Positions 10,154 to 20,599 of a DNA stretch of 64,000 nt are shown here, one piece after another. Below the pieces are notes generated by a model. It ran no database searches and had not been told where the DNA came from. It saw nothing but the letters and a program-made list of their open reading frames with translations. Both the position numbers and the translations under genes were made by a program. Where the stretch lies: positions 832,001 to 896,000 of the forward strand of contig OY771555.1 of the NCBI GenBank assembly GCA_963674785.1, written 5' to 3'. This DNA comes from Caldisericia bacterium. GTDB taxonomy: Bacteria; Caldisericota; Caldisericia; JAAYUI01. Numbering within the stretch: the stretch's first letter is position 1; each line of letters begins with the position of its first letter.

Positions 10154-11242
10154 TCAGGAATATTTGTTTAATAAACCTTTTTTCTCACAGAAGGTACCCG
10201 CCCAAGGATTGTTCAAGAAATTGGTAATCTGCTCTTCCTTTTTATTTTGTGAGAGGTTTATTTCGAATTCATCATATTCATTCAAGTCAAAATTCTCTCC
10301 GACTATTCTTGGGCTGGCTTCATCTTGTACAATATCATAGTATTGATTAAGTGAATCGAATGAACTTAAACCCCATCCTCCCACAATTGAACCATAAAAG
10401 AATGTATCAACCACATCGAGGATTGTTCCAAGAATGTATTCCCCATCAAAGTTATTCAAAACATATTCTAAAGTATAAGAGGTATATGTGCATATCTCTC
10501 CAATATTCTGGAAGGTTGTGCCTCCTGATTTACTGAATCTCCAAATCAAACCTTCTGCTTTATTCATTTCATCAAACATCTTTGGGCTTAGACCACTTTC
10601 AATATCGATTCTTATTGAGTGAATAAATTTTGAGGGATCCTTGTTTGTTTCAATTTCTTCTTGCAATTCATAAATCTTTTCTGCCACAAACATGTTTGCC
10701 TCAATCTGATCTATGATACCAGCCTTATCATATAACCCCTGCTTTTCCTTAATAGACACAAAAGGATGATTTAAACTGAAACTTTCTCCATCACACCTCA
10801 TATTCCAATAGCAAGTCCAGAATCCAGCATCCATAGCTACCTCAAAAAAACTGGTTTCATCAGAGTTATTGATACATTTATATCCTACATCAGGCAATGA
10901 TCTTGCGGTCAGATACCCCAGAGATGCACAGAACATAAACCTCTCTTTAGTTTCACCTGGAATCATATTTCTAAATCTTTTGAGGTTTTGTTTAGCAAAT
11001 TTGTCAATCTGGTTTTTATAGTCGTTGATAGTGTCTTTTTCTGAAAAATCTAGTTGTGATTCTTCAACAAAAACCTTAAGTGAATCATTTAAAGCATTTA
11101 CTACATCAATATTTTCATCAAGAGACACAAATATATTTTTTTCTGTATCAAAGGACAAATCATCTGGTAAACTAGCTTGTTCAGAACAGCCAGACAAAAT
11201 CAAGATAACTGCCAACGCCATTATAGTTATTCTTTTCAACAT
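10154..11242 (-). CDS. Hypothetical lipoprotein
   Basis: AGGAGG SD; lipobox ILSGC; 362-aa ORF. Confidence 0.7.
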   Translation of the reverse strand: MLKRITIMALAVILILSGCSEQASLPDDLSFDTEKNIFVSLDENIDVVNALNDSLKVFVEESQLDFSEKDTINDYKNQIDKFAKQNLKRFRNMIPGETKERFMFCASLGYLTARSLPDVGYKCINNSDETSFFEVAMDAGFWTCYWNMRCDGESFSLNHPFVSIKEKQGLYDKAGIIDQIEANMFVAEKIYELQEEIETNKDPSKFIHSIRIDIESGLSPKMFDEMNKAEGLIWRFSKSGGTTFQNIGEICTYTSYTLEYVLNNFDGEYILGTILDVVDTFFYGSIVGGWGLSSFDSLNQYYDIVQDEASPRIVGENFDLNEYDEFEINLSQNKKEEQITNFLNNPWAGTFCEKKGLLNKYS

Positions 11243-11319
11243 CCCAACCTCCTTGACTGCCGACTATTGTAATCCAAACGACCACAAAAACAACAATTAA
11301 AAATCATTAAGAGCCGATA

Positions 11320-11347
11320 TGAACCAAATGGGGTGCTTATACGTTTA
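11320..11347 (+). promoter_or_regulatory. Putative ECF-sigma promoter
   Basis: TGAACC-N16-CGTTTA just upstream of the SD for 11366; the motif recurs at four other gene starts. Confidence 0.7.
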
Positions 11348-11365
11348 ACTGTTAAGGAGGCAGGA

Positions 11366-12637
11366 ATGAATACTAGACTTTGCTTTGTTTTATCATTGAT
11401 TATTGTTTTATTGGTGTGTGTTTCTTGTACTTCAGTTGCTGGGGAGTCGGCGGGTGGAATTGCAAGTATTGAAATCCCCGAATCTGACATGGAACTTATG
11501 AATGAGTTATTCAGAGAAATTGACAACATTGATTTGAACTACAACCCAGGAAAGTATAAAGAAGCAGGTAAGCTTGAGAAACGCTGGGAAATTGATGGAT
11601 GCCCAACCTATGTTAATGCTGTGTATGGTGACTATATCATACCACGAAAAGAGGGATGGATTTTTTCGACATGGGACGACATTGATAACTACAATACTGG
11701 GGAATCAGAGCATCTAGCATTCATCACAAACCCTGAAAACGGTGAAAGATATGGTGATGATATTACAAAGTTTTTTGGATTGATATGCAATTCTGGAAAT
11801 AAGGAAGGATGTTTGAATTTCAATAAAAAACTCATTGAAAGCATTAATGACAAATATTATCTCATTCACCTCAAAAAAACCTATCTGGTAGATAAAAAAA
11901 CAAAAGAGATCAAGGCATCATTTAATCCGGGTGATAGAATAACTGTTTCACCAAAAAACAATCTTTATTCACACAATTTTGCGGTAGCCAAAAAAATGAA
12001 TCTGGACTTTCCAGATAAAAATGGAGAGATGCCTGGATTTTATGACGACATCTTCATGATTGATTCGAATATCTGGCTACACTATGGAAACGGTGCCTTG
12101 GGTCTGCTTGATGAAGATCTAAATTTGGTAACCAAACGTGAGTACCCAGACTCAATGGTTGACCTTGAAATTCCACACGACCTCAACAATATCCCAACAA
12201 TCCAGCTATTTAAAAACGGTGTCTATGAAGATTTCATCCTTGGTCGAGTTGTCAACTATGATGAGCTTCAGGAAAAATATGGAATAAATGTTCTATATTC
12301 TTATGAGTTTGAATACTCTTTATCAAATATGTATCCAATAGAAAACAAATTCGATATTCAAGAGTTTGTGCTCATCAACCCAAATACTCCTGATGTGAGC
12401 TACAGACTTGATAATGAAATATTGGGTGACCCAAACACCGTTTCAATCAAGTTGAAGAATCGTCACTTCATTGTTGAAAATGATGAAGTCCTCAAGTGCA
12501 TTGACCCATTTGAGGGGGAAGACATCTGGTGGGTCAGTCGAGATGATGTTGGAGAAAAGGCAAAGGTTATTTGGGCAGATGAAAGAGGAGTGTTGGTTTA
12601 TTCTCAGACAAATGGGAAGCTTTACTGTTTTGAATAA
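11366..12637 (+). CDS. Hypothetical lipoprotein (paralogue of 12674-13927)
   Basis: AAGGAGG SD before ATG 11366; lipobox CVSC; C-terminus LKCIDPF...WADERGVLVYS...KLYCFE. Confidence 0.7.
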   Translation: MNTRLCFVLSLIIVLLVCVSCTSVAGESAGGIASIEIPESDMELMNELFREIDNIDLNYNPGKYKEAGKLEKRWEIDGCPTYVNAVYGDYIIPRKEGWIFSTWDDIDNYNTGESEHLAFITNPENGERYGDDITKFFGLICNSGNKEGCLNFNKKLIESINDKYYLIHLKKTYLVDKKTKEIKASFNPGDRITVSPKNNLYSHNFAVAKKMNLDFPDKNGEMPGFYDDIFMIDSNIWLHYGNGALGLLDEDLNLVTKREYPDSMVDLEIPHDLNNIPTIQLFKNGVYEDFILGRVVNYDELQEKYGINVLYSYEFEYSLSNMYPIENKFDIQEFVLINPNTPDVSYRLDNEILGDPNTVSIKLKNRHFIVENDEVLKCIDPFEGEDIWWVSRDDVGEKAKVIWADERGVLVYSQTNGKLYCFE

Positions 12638-12673
12638 TCAAGCTATACTATACCTAACAGGAGGGAATGCAAA

Positions 12674-13927
12674 ATGAATAGAAAACTGTATGTGGGACTC
12701 GTCGTATCACTTATACTTGTGTGTCTTGCCGGATGTGGGATTGTCGCCAGCGAAAAACCAAAATACATCGGAATAGAAAAACCGGGATTCACACCTGATT
12801 ATCAAGAGCTAGTTGATACAATCATGGATGAAATAAACGTGGATGATTATAAATACTCTGAAACCACCTATTCCAAAACAGGAGCTTTATCTCAAAGATG
12901 GGTTATAGATGTGTCAGACGAGAAGGAAAGTGATTTAAATAAATTCAGTGCCCACCCATGCAAAAATGGCTGGGTTTTATATAACGGATACAGGGGAACA
13001 ACAACACTTATTGACCCCCTTGATGCAAACAACAAAACAGAAAACCCAGACAAATTCACAGACATTAGACCAGCCTATTTAGGTGAAGAAAAGACTGGGT
13101 TTACTATGGTAAAACCGATTATCAATGTTTTTGATTCATATCTATTTTATCATATTGGTTATAACACCTATATCTACAACACAGAAACAAAAGATTTGCT
13201 TTACGTTATGGCAAATATCAGAATCACTCGGACTAAGTTTTTTGTATATGAAGATAAACTATATCTAGTAAATGGACTGGATGATATCAGGGAATATTCA
13301 GTGATTGATTTAAAAGATGGAAGCACAGCGACAATAGATAATGTGAAACCACATGACAGCATCTACAACATCAGTGGAAATATCTGGATAAAAACACGTG
13401 ATAATAACCTCATCAAAATTGATACAGAAAACAATACCTTCTCAAATATTATCATGTCACTGGATGGGACAGAAAGCGTATTCGAAGATGTGCTTGCAAA
13501 GCTGTTTGATGCTGAACAATATGGAGACTATATCCTTGGCTGCACGTACACTCCGCTTGAACATGAATATGATGACAGATGGTTTCATAGAGGTGCGCAC
13601 TTCAATAGATTTGTTGAATACAATGACAAATACATCCCAAAAACAATTCAGACCTATTTCCTCATGAATCCAGAACACTGGAAGATTTATCATCTTGATG
13701 AAACTGTTCTTGGGCAAATGGATGCAAGAGTCAATGTTGTTGGTTCCCATTTCATCATTGAAAATGACGATGTTCTTAAGTGCATTGACCCATTCAAATT
13801 CGAGAAAAAGGAAATCTGGTGGATTGATAGAAGTGATGTTGGAGATGATGCAACCATACTTTGGGCAGATGAGCGTGGAGTATTGGTTTATAGTTTTTCA
13901 AACCAAAAACTTTATTGTTTTGAGTAA
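12674..13927 (+). CDS. Hypothetical lipoprotein
   Basis: GGAGG SD; lipobox LAGC; shares the conserved C-terminus with the previous gene. Confidence 0.75.
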   Translation: MNRKLYVGLVVSLILVCLAGCGIVASEKPKYIGIEKPGFTPDYQELVDTIMDEINVDDYKYSETTYSKTGALSQRWVIDVSDEKESDLNKFSAHPCKNGWVLYNGYRGTTTLIDPLDANNKTENPDKFTDIRPAYLGEEKTGFTMVKPIINVFDSYLFYHIGYNTYIYNTETKDLLYVMANIRITRTKFFVYEDKLYLVNGLDDIREYSVIDLKDGSTATIDNVKPHDSIYNISGNIWIKTRDNNLIKIDTENNTFSNIIMSLDGTESVFEDVLAKLFDAEQYGDYILGCTYTPLEHEYDDRWFHRGAHFNRFVEYNDKYIPKTIQTYFLMNPEHWKIYHLDETVLGQMDARVNVVGSHFIIENDDVLKCIDPFKFEKKEIWWIDRSDVGDDATILWADERGVLVYSFSNQKLYCFE

Positions 13928-14035
13928 CAAGAAAAAGCTGTAACCTTAACAAAAAATAAATCATAAAATGCTTTATCCGAGCTTGGCTGCATGATAGGCT
14001 CAACTATGGTAATCAAAGTGCGAAGGGGGAGTTAG

Positions 14036-15295
14036 ATGAAAAAGTTTGGTATCTCGGTTTTAGTAGCTGTTTTTTTGGTGAGTTTCCTTTTTTATAGTGG
14101 GAACATTGTTCTTTCAACTGAAAACAGTGATGTAGAAAATATCAAAGCGCCGTTTTCTTCATTCACAATTGCGTATCAGGTTGACCCAGATAATCCCGAT
14201 CCAAAGAGGGATAATGTCCCAATGATAGAGTATGACCCCAGTACTGGTTGGAGATTCTATAGAGTTGAATGGGTCAACAACGACAAAATTCAAATAACGC
14301 TAGACAAAAACGATAATAGGATTCAGCTCTCACCTCAAGAAGATGATTATCTGAAACAGCTAAACATGATTTTTCAAAAGAATGTTAGACTTCAATCAAC
14401 CACTGATATTGAGGCAGATAGTTTCAGTATTGTCTATTTTTGTGAACCTGAAAAAGGTGGGGGATGTGGATTCGACTCGCTACGTCGGCAACAATCCATA
14501 GGTTTTTCTAAAAGTGATGATGGAAAATTCTTTGGCGGTTCTGGCTCAACATCATGTATGGAAAATAGTTACTATATTTTTGATCCACAGGTTGGAACTC
14601 TACAGATTTATGATGACAGTCTTCAATTCGAACAATGGAAACTTGGTAATCACAGACATGTGCTTGATGTTAGAGAAGCTATTAATCCAGACATCAGAGA
14701 CATCGGAAGGATACATCAAATGCAAAACCATACACATGGTGTCTCAGTGGTTTCCGGTACAACTGCCTACAAAGGTTATATTGAATACTTTATAGATGAA
14801 GACTATTTCATCCTGAATGGTCAAAAATATAACTTCAGAGTTGATGATAGACTCAAAGAAATGGAGATTCCGAATTATAATTGTTGCAAACTCTACAAAG
14901 GTGAAGTGTTTGTTCCATTACGCTCATTTGCAGATTTAATGGGATTCGAATTTTCCTCAGGAGAATGGGGCAAAGACCAACCGTACATTGAATTCGATGT
15001 TTTTAGAAGCATTGACCAGAGAATCAAATTTGACTTGAATAGCAATCTAGTCAAAACAAGATACGGAGATGATTTTGAATTGCCACTTAAACCATTCATA
15101 AAACCGGATGATCCAGAGGCTCAATATGGATTATTTCAATTCATGGTTCCTCTCTATGCTCTGCTTGATAATCTTCCAAGGCATTATGGAAAAGGCTACT
15201 GGTACAGACCAATGAACAACTCAATTCTTATAAGCAGACTAATTGACCATGATGAATACAGAGATGAGAGGATACCAGTCCCTCTGCTTGATTAA
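14036..15295 (+). CDS. Secreted protein with divergent C-terminal stalk domain
   Basis: Signal peptide; VFVPLRSFADLMG and FMVPLYALLDNL motifs; similar to 24744-25904. Confidence 0.65.
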   Translation: MKKFGISVLVAVFLVSFLFYSGNIVLSTENSDVENIKAPFSSFTIAYQVDPDNPDPKRDNVPMIEYDPSTGWRFYRVEWVNNDKIQITLDKNDNRIQLSPQEDDYLKQLNMIFQKNVRLQSTTDIEADSFSIVYFCEPEKGGGCGFDSLRRQQSIGFSKSDDGKFFGGSGSTSCMENSYYIFDPQVGTLQIYDDSLQFEQWKLGNHRHVLDVREAINPDIRDIGRIHQMQNHTHGVSVVSGTTAYKGYIEYFIDEDYFILNGQKYNFRVDDRLKEMEIPNYNCCKLYKGEVFVPLRSFADLMGFEFSSGEWGKDQPYIEFDVFRSIDQRIKFDLNSNLVKTRYGDDFELPLKPFIKPDDPEAQYGLFQFMVPLYALLDNLPRHYGKGYWYRPMNNSILISRLIDHDEYRDERIPVPLLD

Positions 15296-15307
15296 TTCTT
15301 TTGACTC

Positions 15308-15337
15308 AAAGAGGCAACTCATGTTGCCTCTTTTTTT
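15308..15337 (+). terminator. Intrinsic terminator
   Basis: GAGGCAAC-TCAT-GTTGCCTC followed by T7. Confidence 0.85.
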
Positions 15338-15366
15338 AAGCCCTCAATATTTTTCTTTTTTCCCTT

Positions 15367-15395
15367 TTGCTAAAAATCATCTAAGCAGCTATACT
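15367..15395 (+). promoter_or_regulatory. Sigma70-like promoter
   Basis: TTGCTA-N17-TATACT upstream of 15448. Confidence 0.55.
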
Positions 15396-15447
15396 AAAAA
15401 CAAATGAAAAAAGCTCCGCACAAAAAAACCAGGAGAGAAGATAGCTG

Positions 15448-17406
15448 ATGCTTGCCACCCTCTATACCCTTGCAATCTTTGCATATATCTACTCCTTTGT
15501 GCTTTTCATCAGGTTTTTCATCTGGCGGAGGCTTTCGTGGGCAAAACACTGGAAGAGCAAGGTCAAAGTCACCCTCGACCAGGTGAAATCAATTGCAAGA
15601 AGTCGAGGTCAGTCGCTACCATTTTTCACGGTCATGGTTCCGGCAAGAGATGAATCAAAAGTAATCGGAAGGACAATCGAAAACCTCACAAAAATTGATT
15701 ATCCCAAAAATCACTTCCAGATAATGGTTGTCACAGATGAAAAAGAGCGTATTGCAAGAACAGAGAGCAAAGATGAGGTCATCACAGAGCTTTCAGGGAT
15801 TCTTGCTGGTAACCCTGCCGATCAGGTTTCAGCTTCGGCAAGGGAGCTTTTGATAGCCTGGATAATTGACATTCTTCCTCTGGGCAAGTTAACACATACC
15901 GTGCTTTCGCTTGATTCAAAAGTAAAAAGGGATGAATTCACATATGAATTCAAGCAATTCCTTTTCCAGTTCATGACAACGATCACCGAAGGAAAACCCA
16001 CTGACATCAGCAATATCCTTTACTTCCTCAGACGCTCAATGGTTGGCAAGTCTGATAGAGACCTGTCCGACCCAACAGTTGAGATAATCATGCTTTCAAG
16101 GCTTGTCGCAAGAGGGGTTCTGTTGATTCTTGGGGAGAGTGAAAAGTACCTCACGATAAAAACTCAAAATATAAGCACCCAAATCAAAAGTTTTCCAAAA
16201 AAAGATACGATGAACCGTATTTCAGAATTAGACTCTGTGGTGTCTTCGGAAAGAACAAAAAACAATGATTTGAAGTCTCTCTACACCCGATATTTCCTCA
16301 CTACCCAGCAGGTGGTTGAGCAGAGCATCAAACGCTATGGAGGAGAAGGATTCCAGATAACCCATGCTGAGGTGCCGTTTGATTTTGATGGAAAGTTTGG
16401 CGGAGTCTGCACAGGAGAGCCTGTCCGCTCCACAAAGGGAAGGGCATTAAACTACGCCTTTGGTCTTGTTAATCCGCAGTGTGAGATGGTTTGTTTCTAT
16501 GATGCAGAGTCCCACCCCGATCATGATGTGATGATTCACCTTGCAAGGTGGCTTCTTCGAGATAATACACCAGATATTTTGCAAGGACCACTTTTCCAGG
16601 TCAGGAACTATTACAGGATGGGAGTTCTTTCAAGAATCGGTGGTCTATACAAAGCGATTGCCCACGACTGGTATCTTCCGCTCATGTTTACAAGCCTTCC
16701 TTTTGTTGGTGGCACAAACCTCCATATCAGCTGGGATCTGCTCAAGAAGATGAAAGGTTTTGATGATACCTCGCTTACTGAAGACCTAGAGTTTGGATGC
16801 CGTGCGTACCTCAACTACGGTATAAAACTGGATTTCTTAACTGTTGTTTCAACTGAACAAACCCCGCCCACCATGGGGCAATATTTCCGTCAGCGTCTTC
16901 GCTGGGCTTCTGGTCATCTTCAAATCATCCGTCGAATCAGAGAATACCCAAGAGAAAAAGATGCAGCAGGAGACAAGCGTGATTTTGTAAACCGTGCAAA
17001 CCAGCTTTTCAGAAACCTTATCACAGTCGGTCCACTCGAATGGATTATCTATCAGCTCTCAACCCTTGTCGTGCTTGCCATGAACCTCATCCTCATCATA
17101 AACCTGTTTGGTACCGGCATCCCTGGCCCATATTTTGCCGAAAACGAAATTCTCAGATGGATTCTGATCGGGCTGAATGTGCCATATCTGGCGTTTACTT
17201 TCTACTGTTACCTCCGCTATGATGAGGTTTTCGACAGCACCTTCCGCCCCGCTGGCAGATTTTCTGGCATCATCGACTTTGCAAAACTACTGATTGCAAG
17301 TTTCATTGTTTTCCTTCTTCCCGCCCCCTACACATGGTCAGTTGTGCTTGCAATGATCGGCAAAGCCCCAAAGACCTGGGTAAAAACGCCTAGGACGAGT
17401 GAGTAG
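15448..17406 (+). CDS. Family 2 processive-type glycosyltransferase with a large internal insertion
   Basis: VPARDE, TKGRALN, YDAE, TEDLE and QRLRW (QxxRW) motifs; N- and C-terminal TM helices. Confidence 0.85.
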   Translation: MLATLYTLAIFAYIYSFVLFIRFFIWRRLSWAKHWKSKVKVTLDQVKSIARSRGQSLPFFTVMVPARDESKVIGRTIENLTKIDYPKNHFQIMVVTDEKERIARTESKDEVITELSGILAGNPADQVSASARELLIAWIIDILPLGKLTHTVLSLDSKVKRDEFTYEFKQFLFQFMTTITEGKPTDISNILYFLRRSMVGKSDRDLSDPTVEIIMLSRLVARGVLLILGESEKYLTIKTQNISTQIKSFPKKDTMNRISELDSVVSSERTKNNDLKSLYTRYFLTTQQVVEQSIKRYGGEGFQITHAEVPFDFDGKFGGVCTGEPVRSTKGRALNYAFGLVNPQCEMVCFYDAESHPDHDVMIHLARWLLRDNTPDILQGPLFQVRNYYRMGVLSRIGGLYKAIAHDWYLPLMFTSLPFVGGTNLHISWDLLKKMKGFDDTSLTEDLEFGCRAYLNYGIKLDFLTVVSTEQTPPTMGQYFRQRLRWASGHLQIIRRIREYPREKDAAGDKRDFVNRANQLFRNLITVGPLEWIIYQLSTLVVLAMNLILIINLFGTGIPGPYFAENEILRWILIGLNVPYLAFTFYCYLRYDEVFDSTFRPAGRFSGIIDFAKLLIASFIVFLLPAPYTWSVVLAMIGKAPKTWVKTPRTSE

Positions 17407-19459
17407 GGCTCTCATTATAATTGTCTTTAATGATATTGCCCCAAAATCCTCGATTGCAGGGCCTCGGGTTTGTGAACACAACTTTCATTTTTGGTTGAGT
17501 ATCCAGTGCTTCTAAAGCCAACATAGCAATGAGTTTTTCCTCAAAAAAAATAGGGTGTTCAACTCCGTTTATGGTAACTCTGTTTTTAGTTCTAATACTT
17601 TTTGTGAGTTTTAAAACAATAGAATTCTCGCTTCTACTGAAAACAATAGAGTTTATCAAATCATACCTTGATTTATCTATATCTCCAGCTGATTTATCAA
17701 TCGTTTGATATGTTGTGAATTTAACTAATAGCATTTTGAAAATATTACATGCAACCGAAAACAACTTATCTTTTCTTTCATCGGAAAAAAGATTTTTTAA
17801 AAATAATACATGCAAAAGCCTATTAAGCGATCGGAAAATACTTTTGAAATTTAAATGATTATTGTCTCTTATCTTTGAGTTGAGATATCTTAAAAAGTAA
17901 ACCATTGAATCAATAGGTAAAGTGCAATCATTAACCACATCTCTTATACTATTCATCTCAAAGATTTTAAGTATGGTGGTATCACTAAACCCGATGCAAA
18001 ACCCAGTATCCTTTTCTAACAGTTTTATTAGGTTAGCTCTACTTCTAAGACTTACTAAAGTATTTTTGTCGTAAAGTGTTCCGAAGTAAAAAGGGAAATT
18101 CATTAGATTATCTGGTCTGTAGAATTCATATGAGTTATCCAGTTTTTCTGAAAATAACATTTCTTCAACCCTTACAATACTGTTAAATTTATTGAATAAT
18201 ACAACTGTGGCATAAATCAAGAATTTTATTTTTGGAATACTAAGCAGTGATTCTATGAATTCTTGCTCAGTTTCGACTGGATTTGTTATAAACGATTTGT
18301 ATTCATTGTTAAGAAACTCAAAAAAATTATTTCTAAACCGCACTTTGCTTCGATTTGAATCTGAAAGCAGTTTTTCTATATTATTCTTTAAAAAATCAAA
18401 CCAATCTGAATCAACATGCTTCATCATTGTGATAAGAAAAAAATCGTGCTTATTCACCCCAGATTTTACTGCATAATAATCAATAATCAGTTTGTTGAGC
18501 ATCCTTTTTAGTTCTCTCGGTGTTTTTATTCTTATGCATTCAAAACTGATACCTCGTAAATAATTGTTGAATACTTTGGACTTATCTTCAATTGATTCAG
18601 GAGTTATTGAGATAAACTTATCATATAATTTATCAACTTCTTCACTGCTTTTAATCTCTTTTATAGGTATTTCGACTTGAATTATCTTATCAAGGAAATC
18701 TTTTCCATAATTTTCATTTTGTCCATGAAGCATTTTGCAAATATGTTTTTTATCATAGGCAACAACAAAATATGTGTTTTTAAAATCACATGCTGTCTTT
18801 AGAAGTCTTAGAACAACATTTAATTCTTCTTTATTCAATCGGTCAAGATTGTCTACAAAAACTATAATAGGTTCGACATCCGATTTTAATACATCATTGA
18901 TCTTCTTTTTAAGATGTTCTGCACAATCACAGAAATCATCAACAACTTTCGAAAGTTTTAGAGACAAGTTTTTCCCTAAAGATATTGAGTCAAAGATAAA
19001 TCGATAATTCTTGAAAGCTCTTTTTATAGCTTTCAGCTTTCTCTTTGTTTGAAAAAACTCTTTCGAGCTTTTCCAGGTTGTGGTTTCACTTTTCTCTCGT
19101 GCGATTAATCTGTAGTGATTCATCACAACTTTTTGAAAATTACTGAAAAAATAATTAGTTATCTGATCGATGCTTTTTACCATCCAAGGATCAAAATTCA
19201 CAATTATTGGTTCGGGTTTTTTATCTGATAGTTGCTCTTTAACAAGATTCAAAAGAGATGTCTTACCAGAACCCCACTCTCCCTCAATCCCAAAAACCGC
19301 ACTATCTTTGATTGGGTTACCATCATAATCAACCTGTTTTGTAGTATTTATAATGATTTCTTTTATATATTTTGCATAATCAGTGAATTCATATCTGTCT
19401 TCTGATTTTGTTTTTATAGCCGAGTCATGATCGGCTGCACCATCTCTATACTGGTTCAT
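17390..19459 (-). CDS. KAP family P-loop NTPase
   Basis: Walker A GEWGSGKTS, NFDPW, Walker B IVFVDNLDR, FLDKIIQV, TPRELKR; AT-rich; GGAGG SD. Confidence 0.88.
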   Translation of the reverse strand: MNQYRDGAADHDSAIKTKSEDRYEFTDYAKYIKEIIINTTKQVDYDGNPIKDSAVFGIEGEWGSGKTSLLNLVKEQLSDKKPEPIIVNFDPWMVKSIDQITNYFFSNFQKVVMNHYRLIAREKSETTTWKSSKEFFQTKRKLKAIKRAFKNYRFIFDSISLGKNLSLKLSKVVDDFCDCAEHLKKKINDVLKSDVEPIIVFVDNLDRLNKEELNVVLRLLKTACDFKNTYFVVAYDKKHICKMLHGQNENYGKDFLDKIIQVEIPIKEIKSSEEVDKLYDKFISITPESIEDKSKVFNNYLRGISFECIRIKTPRELKRMLNKLIIDYYAVKSGVNKHDFFLITMMKHVDSDWFDFLKNNIEKLLSDSNRSKVRFRNNFFEFLNNEYKSFITNPVETEQEFIESLLSIPKIKFLIYATVVLFNKFNSIVRVEEMLFSEKLDNSYEFYRPDNLMNFPFYFGTLYDKNTLVSLRSRANLIKLLEKDTGFCIGFSDTTILKIFEMNSIRDVVNDCTLPIDSMVYFLRYLNSKIRDNNHLNFKSIFRSLNRLLHVLFLKNLFSDERKDKLFSVACNIFKMLLVKFTTYQTIDKSAGDIDKSRYDLINSIVFSRSENSIVLKLTKSIRTKNRVTINGVEHPIFFEEKLIAMLALEALDTQPKMKVVFTNPRPCNRGFWGNIIKDNYNESPTHSS

Positions 19460-19498
19460 TTATCCTCCCAAATCGCACTTGTGTTCTCACAAACACCG

Positions 19499-19527
19499 AT
19501 TGTATTCCAGACTCACAAAGATTTCAA
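19499..19527 (-). promoter_or_regulatory. Sigma70-like promoter of the KAP NTPase
   Basis: Minus strand TTGAAA-N17-TACAAT. Confidence 0.6.
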
Positions 19528-19561
19528 TTCGATTTGAAAGAATAAATGTCGCTTTTGAAAA

Positions 19562-20145
19562 CCCGTCATTCCCGATCAAGTCGGGAATGACGGGGAGTGA
19601 CATTCCGGGTCAAGCCCGGAATGACGGGGAGAGAGAATGCCGGTCATGCTTCGACCCTTCGGCACGTAGGTAAACTCAGTGTAAACCGAGCTCAGAAACC
19701 GTCAGGCATGACGTAGCAAGAGAATATCTTTCTACGCATAATGACATCTTTTTCTCTATGTCTCTCCAGCGGAAGCTGGAAACCAGGGCATAGAAAGGCG
19801 TATTTGTTTTGTCCGGTGAAATAGTTTGACCATCATCAACAAATTCCCACAAAATATTTCATGCATCAAGAGTAACCCTAGATTCCGGGTCAAGCCCGGA
19901 ATGACGGGGGAGAGTATCCTCGATTACCCTTCAGTGCTTTGATAAACTCAGTGTAAACTGAGTTCAGGAACCGTGCGGAATGACAGAAGAAAAAGCACTG
20001 GAAAAACCAGTGCTTTGAGATTGTTTTTAGATTCTGAACCAAAAATCCTAGATGCCGCATCAAGTGCGGCATGACAGGGAGTGTTGTGCGGGATGATGTG
20101 TTTGGAATGAAGTGACAAGCTTTAACCCTCCCTCTTCAGGGAGGG
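19562..20145. repeat. Cluster 2 of CGTC-tagged palindromes with nested insertions
   Basis: ATTCCGGGTCAAGCCCGGAATGACGGGG occurs twice (19602, 19882). Also CCCGTCATTCCCGATCAAGTCGGGAATGACGGG, ATGCCGCATCAAGTGCGGCATGAC, and hairpins at 19992-20016 and 20126-20145. Confidence 0.9.
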
Positions 20146-20155
20146 CATTTATGGG

Positions 20156-20599
20156 TTATCCTTCCGTATGCAACAACTCCACCCCATTGCTTTTCAGCAC
20201 ATCTTTGACAATCTCACTGTGGGGATAATCATCTCTGAAATAGAGACGCTCAAGGTTTGGGAAGGTGTTTGCAATGACCTTCGCGCAGTGGTAACAGGGA
20301 AGGCATGTCACATAGATTTCTGTTATATCCTTCCTGCGTCCCTCATATCGGGAGATTGCATTGATCTCGGCATGAATGACAGGGCATTCCCAAAGCTCTG
20401 AACCAGAGGCAGTAAGTTCGCGGTTACAGGTTTCGCAATGTGGGGCACCAGAGACAACGCCATTGTATCCAGTCGATTTGATGTTTTTGTCAGAATCAAC
20501 AAGTATGCAGCCAACCTGACGACGAAGACAGGTAGACCTGGATGCGACCATCTCGGTGATTTTCATGAAATATGTTACTTTATCGGGTCTGTCTGTCAT
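20156..20599 (-). CDS. dCMP deaminase family protein
   Basis: RSTCLRRQVGC, TGYNG, HAEINAI and PCYHC zinc motifs; ATG 20599 overlaps the upstream TGA. Confidence 0.9.
   Translation of the reverse strand: MTDRPDKVTYFMKITEMVASRSTCLRRQVGCILVDSDKNIKSTGYNGVVSGAPHCETCNRELTASGSELWECPVIHAEINAISRYEGRRKDITEIYVTCLPCYHCAKVIANTFPNLERLYFRDDYPHSEIVKDVLKSNGVELLHTEG

Noticed and set aside
13939-13966. Sixth ECF-type promoter (GTAACC-N16-CAT) before 14036
   Set aside because: It mismatches both elements and is too weak to call without a PWM.
19479-20072. Short ORFs 19479-19673 and 19890-20072
   Set aside because: They translate the palindromic repeats; there is no SD and no recognisable protein features.
19562-20110. 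Possible CRISPR array (repeated ~28-bp palindromes)
   Set aside because: The repeats vary in sequence and orientation, spacing is irregular, several are nested, and no cas genes are present.
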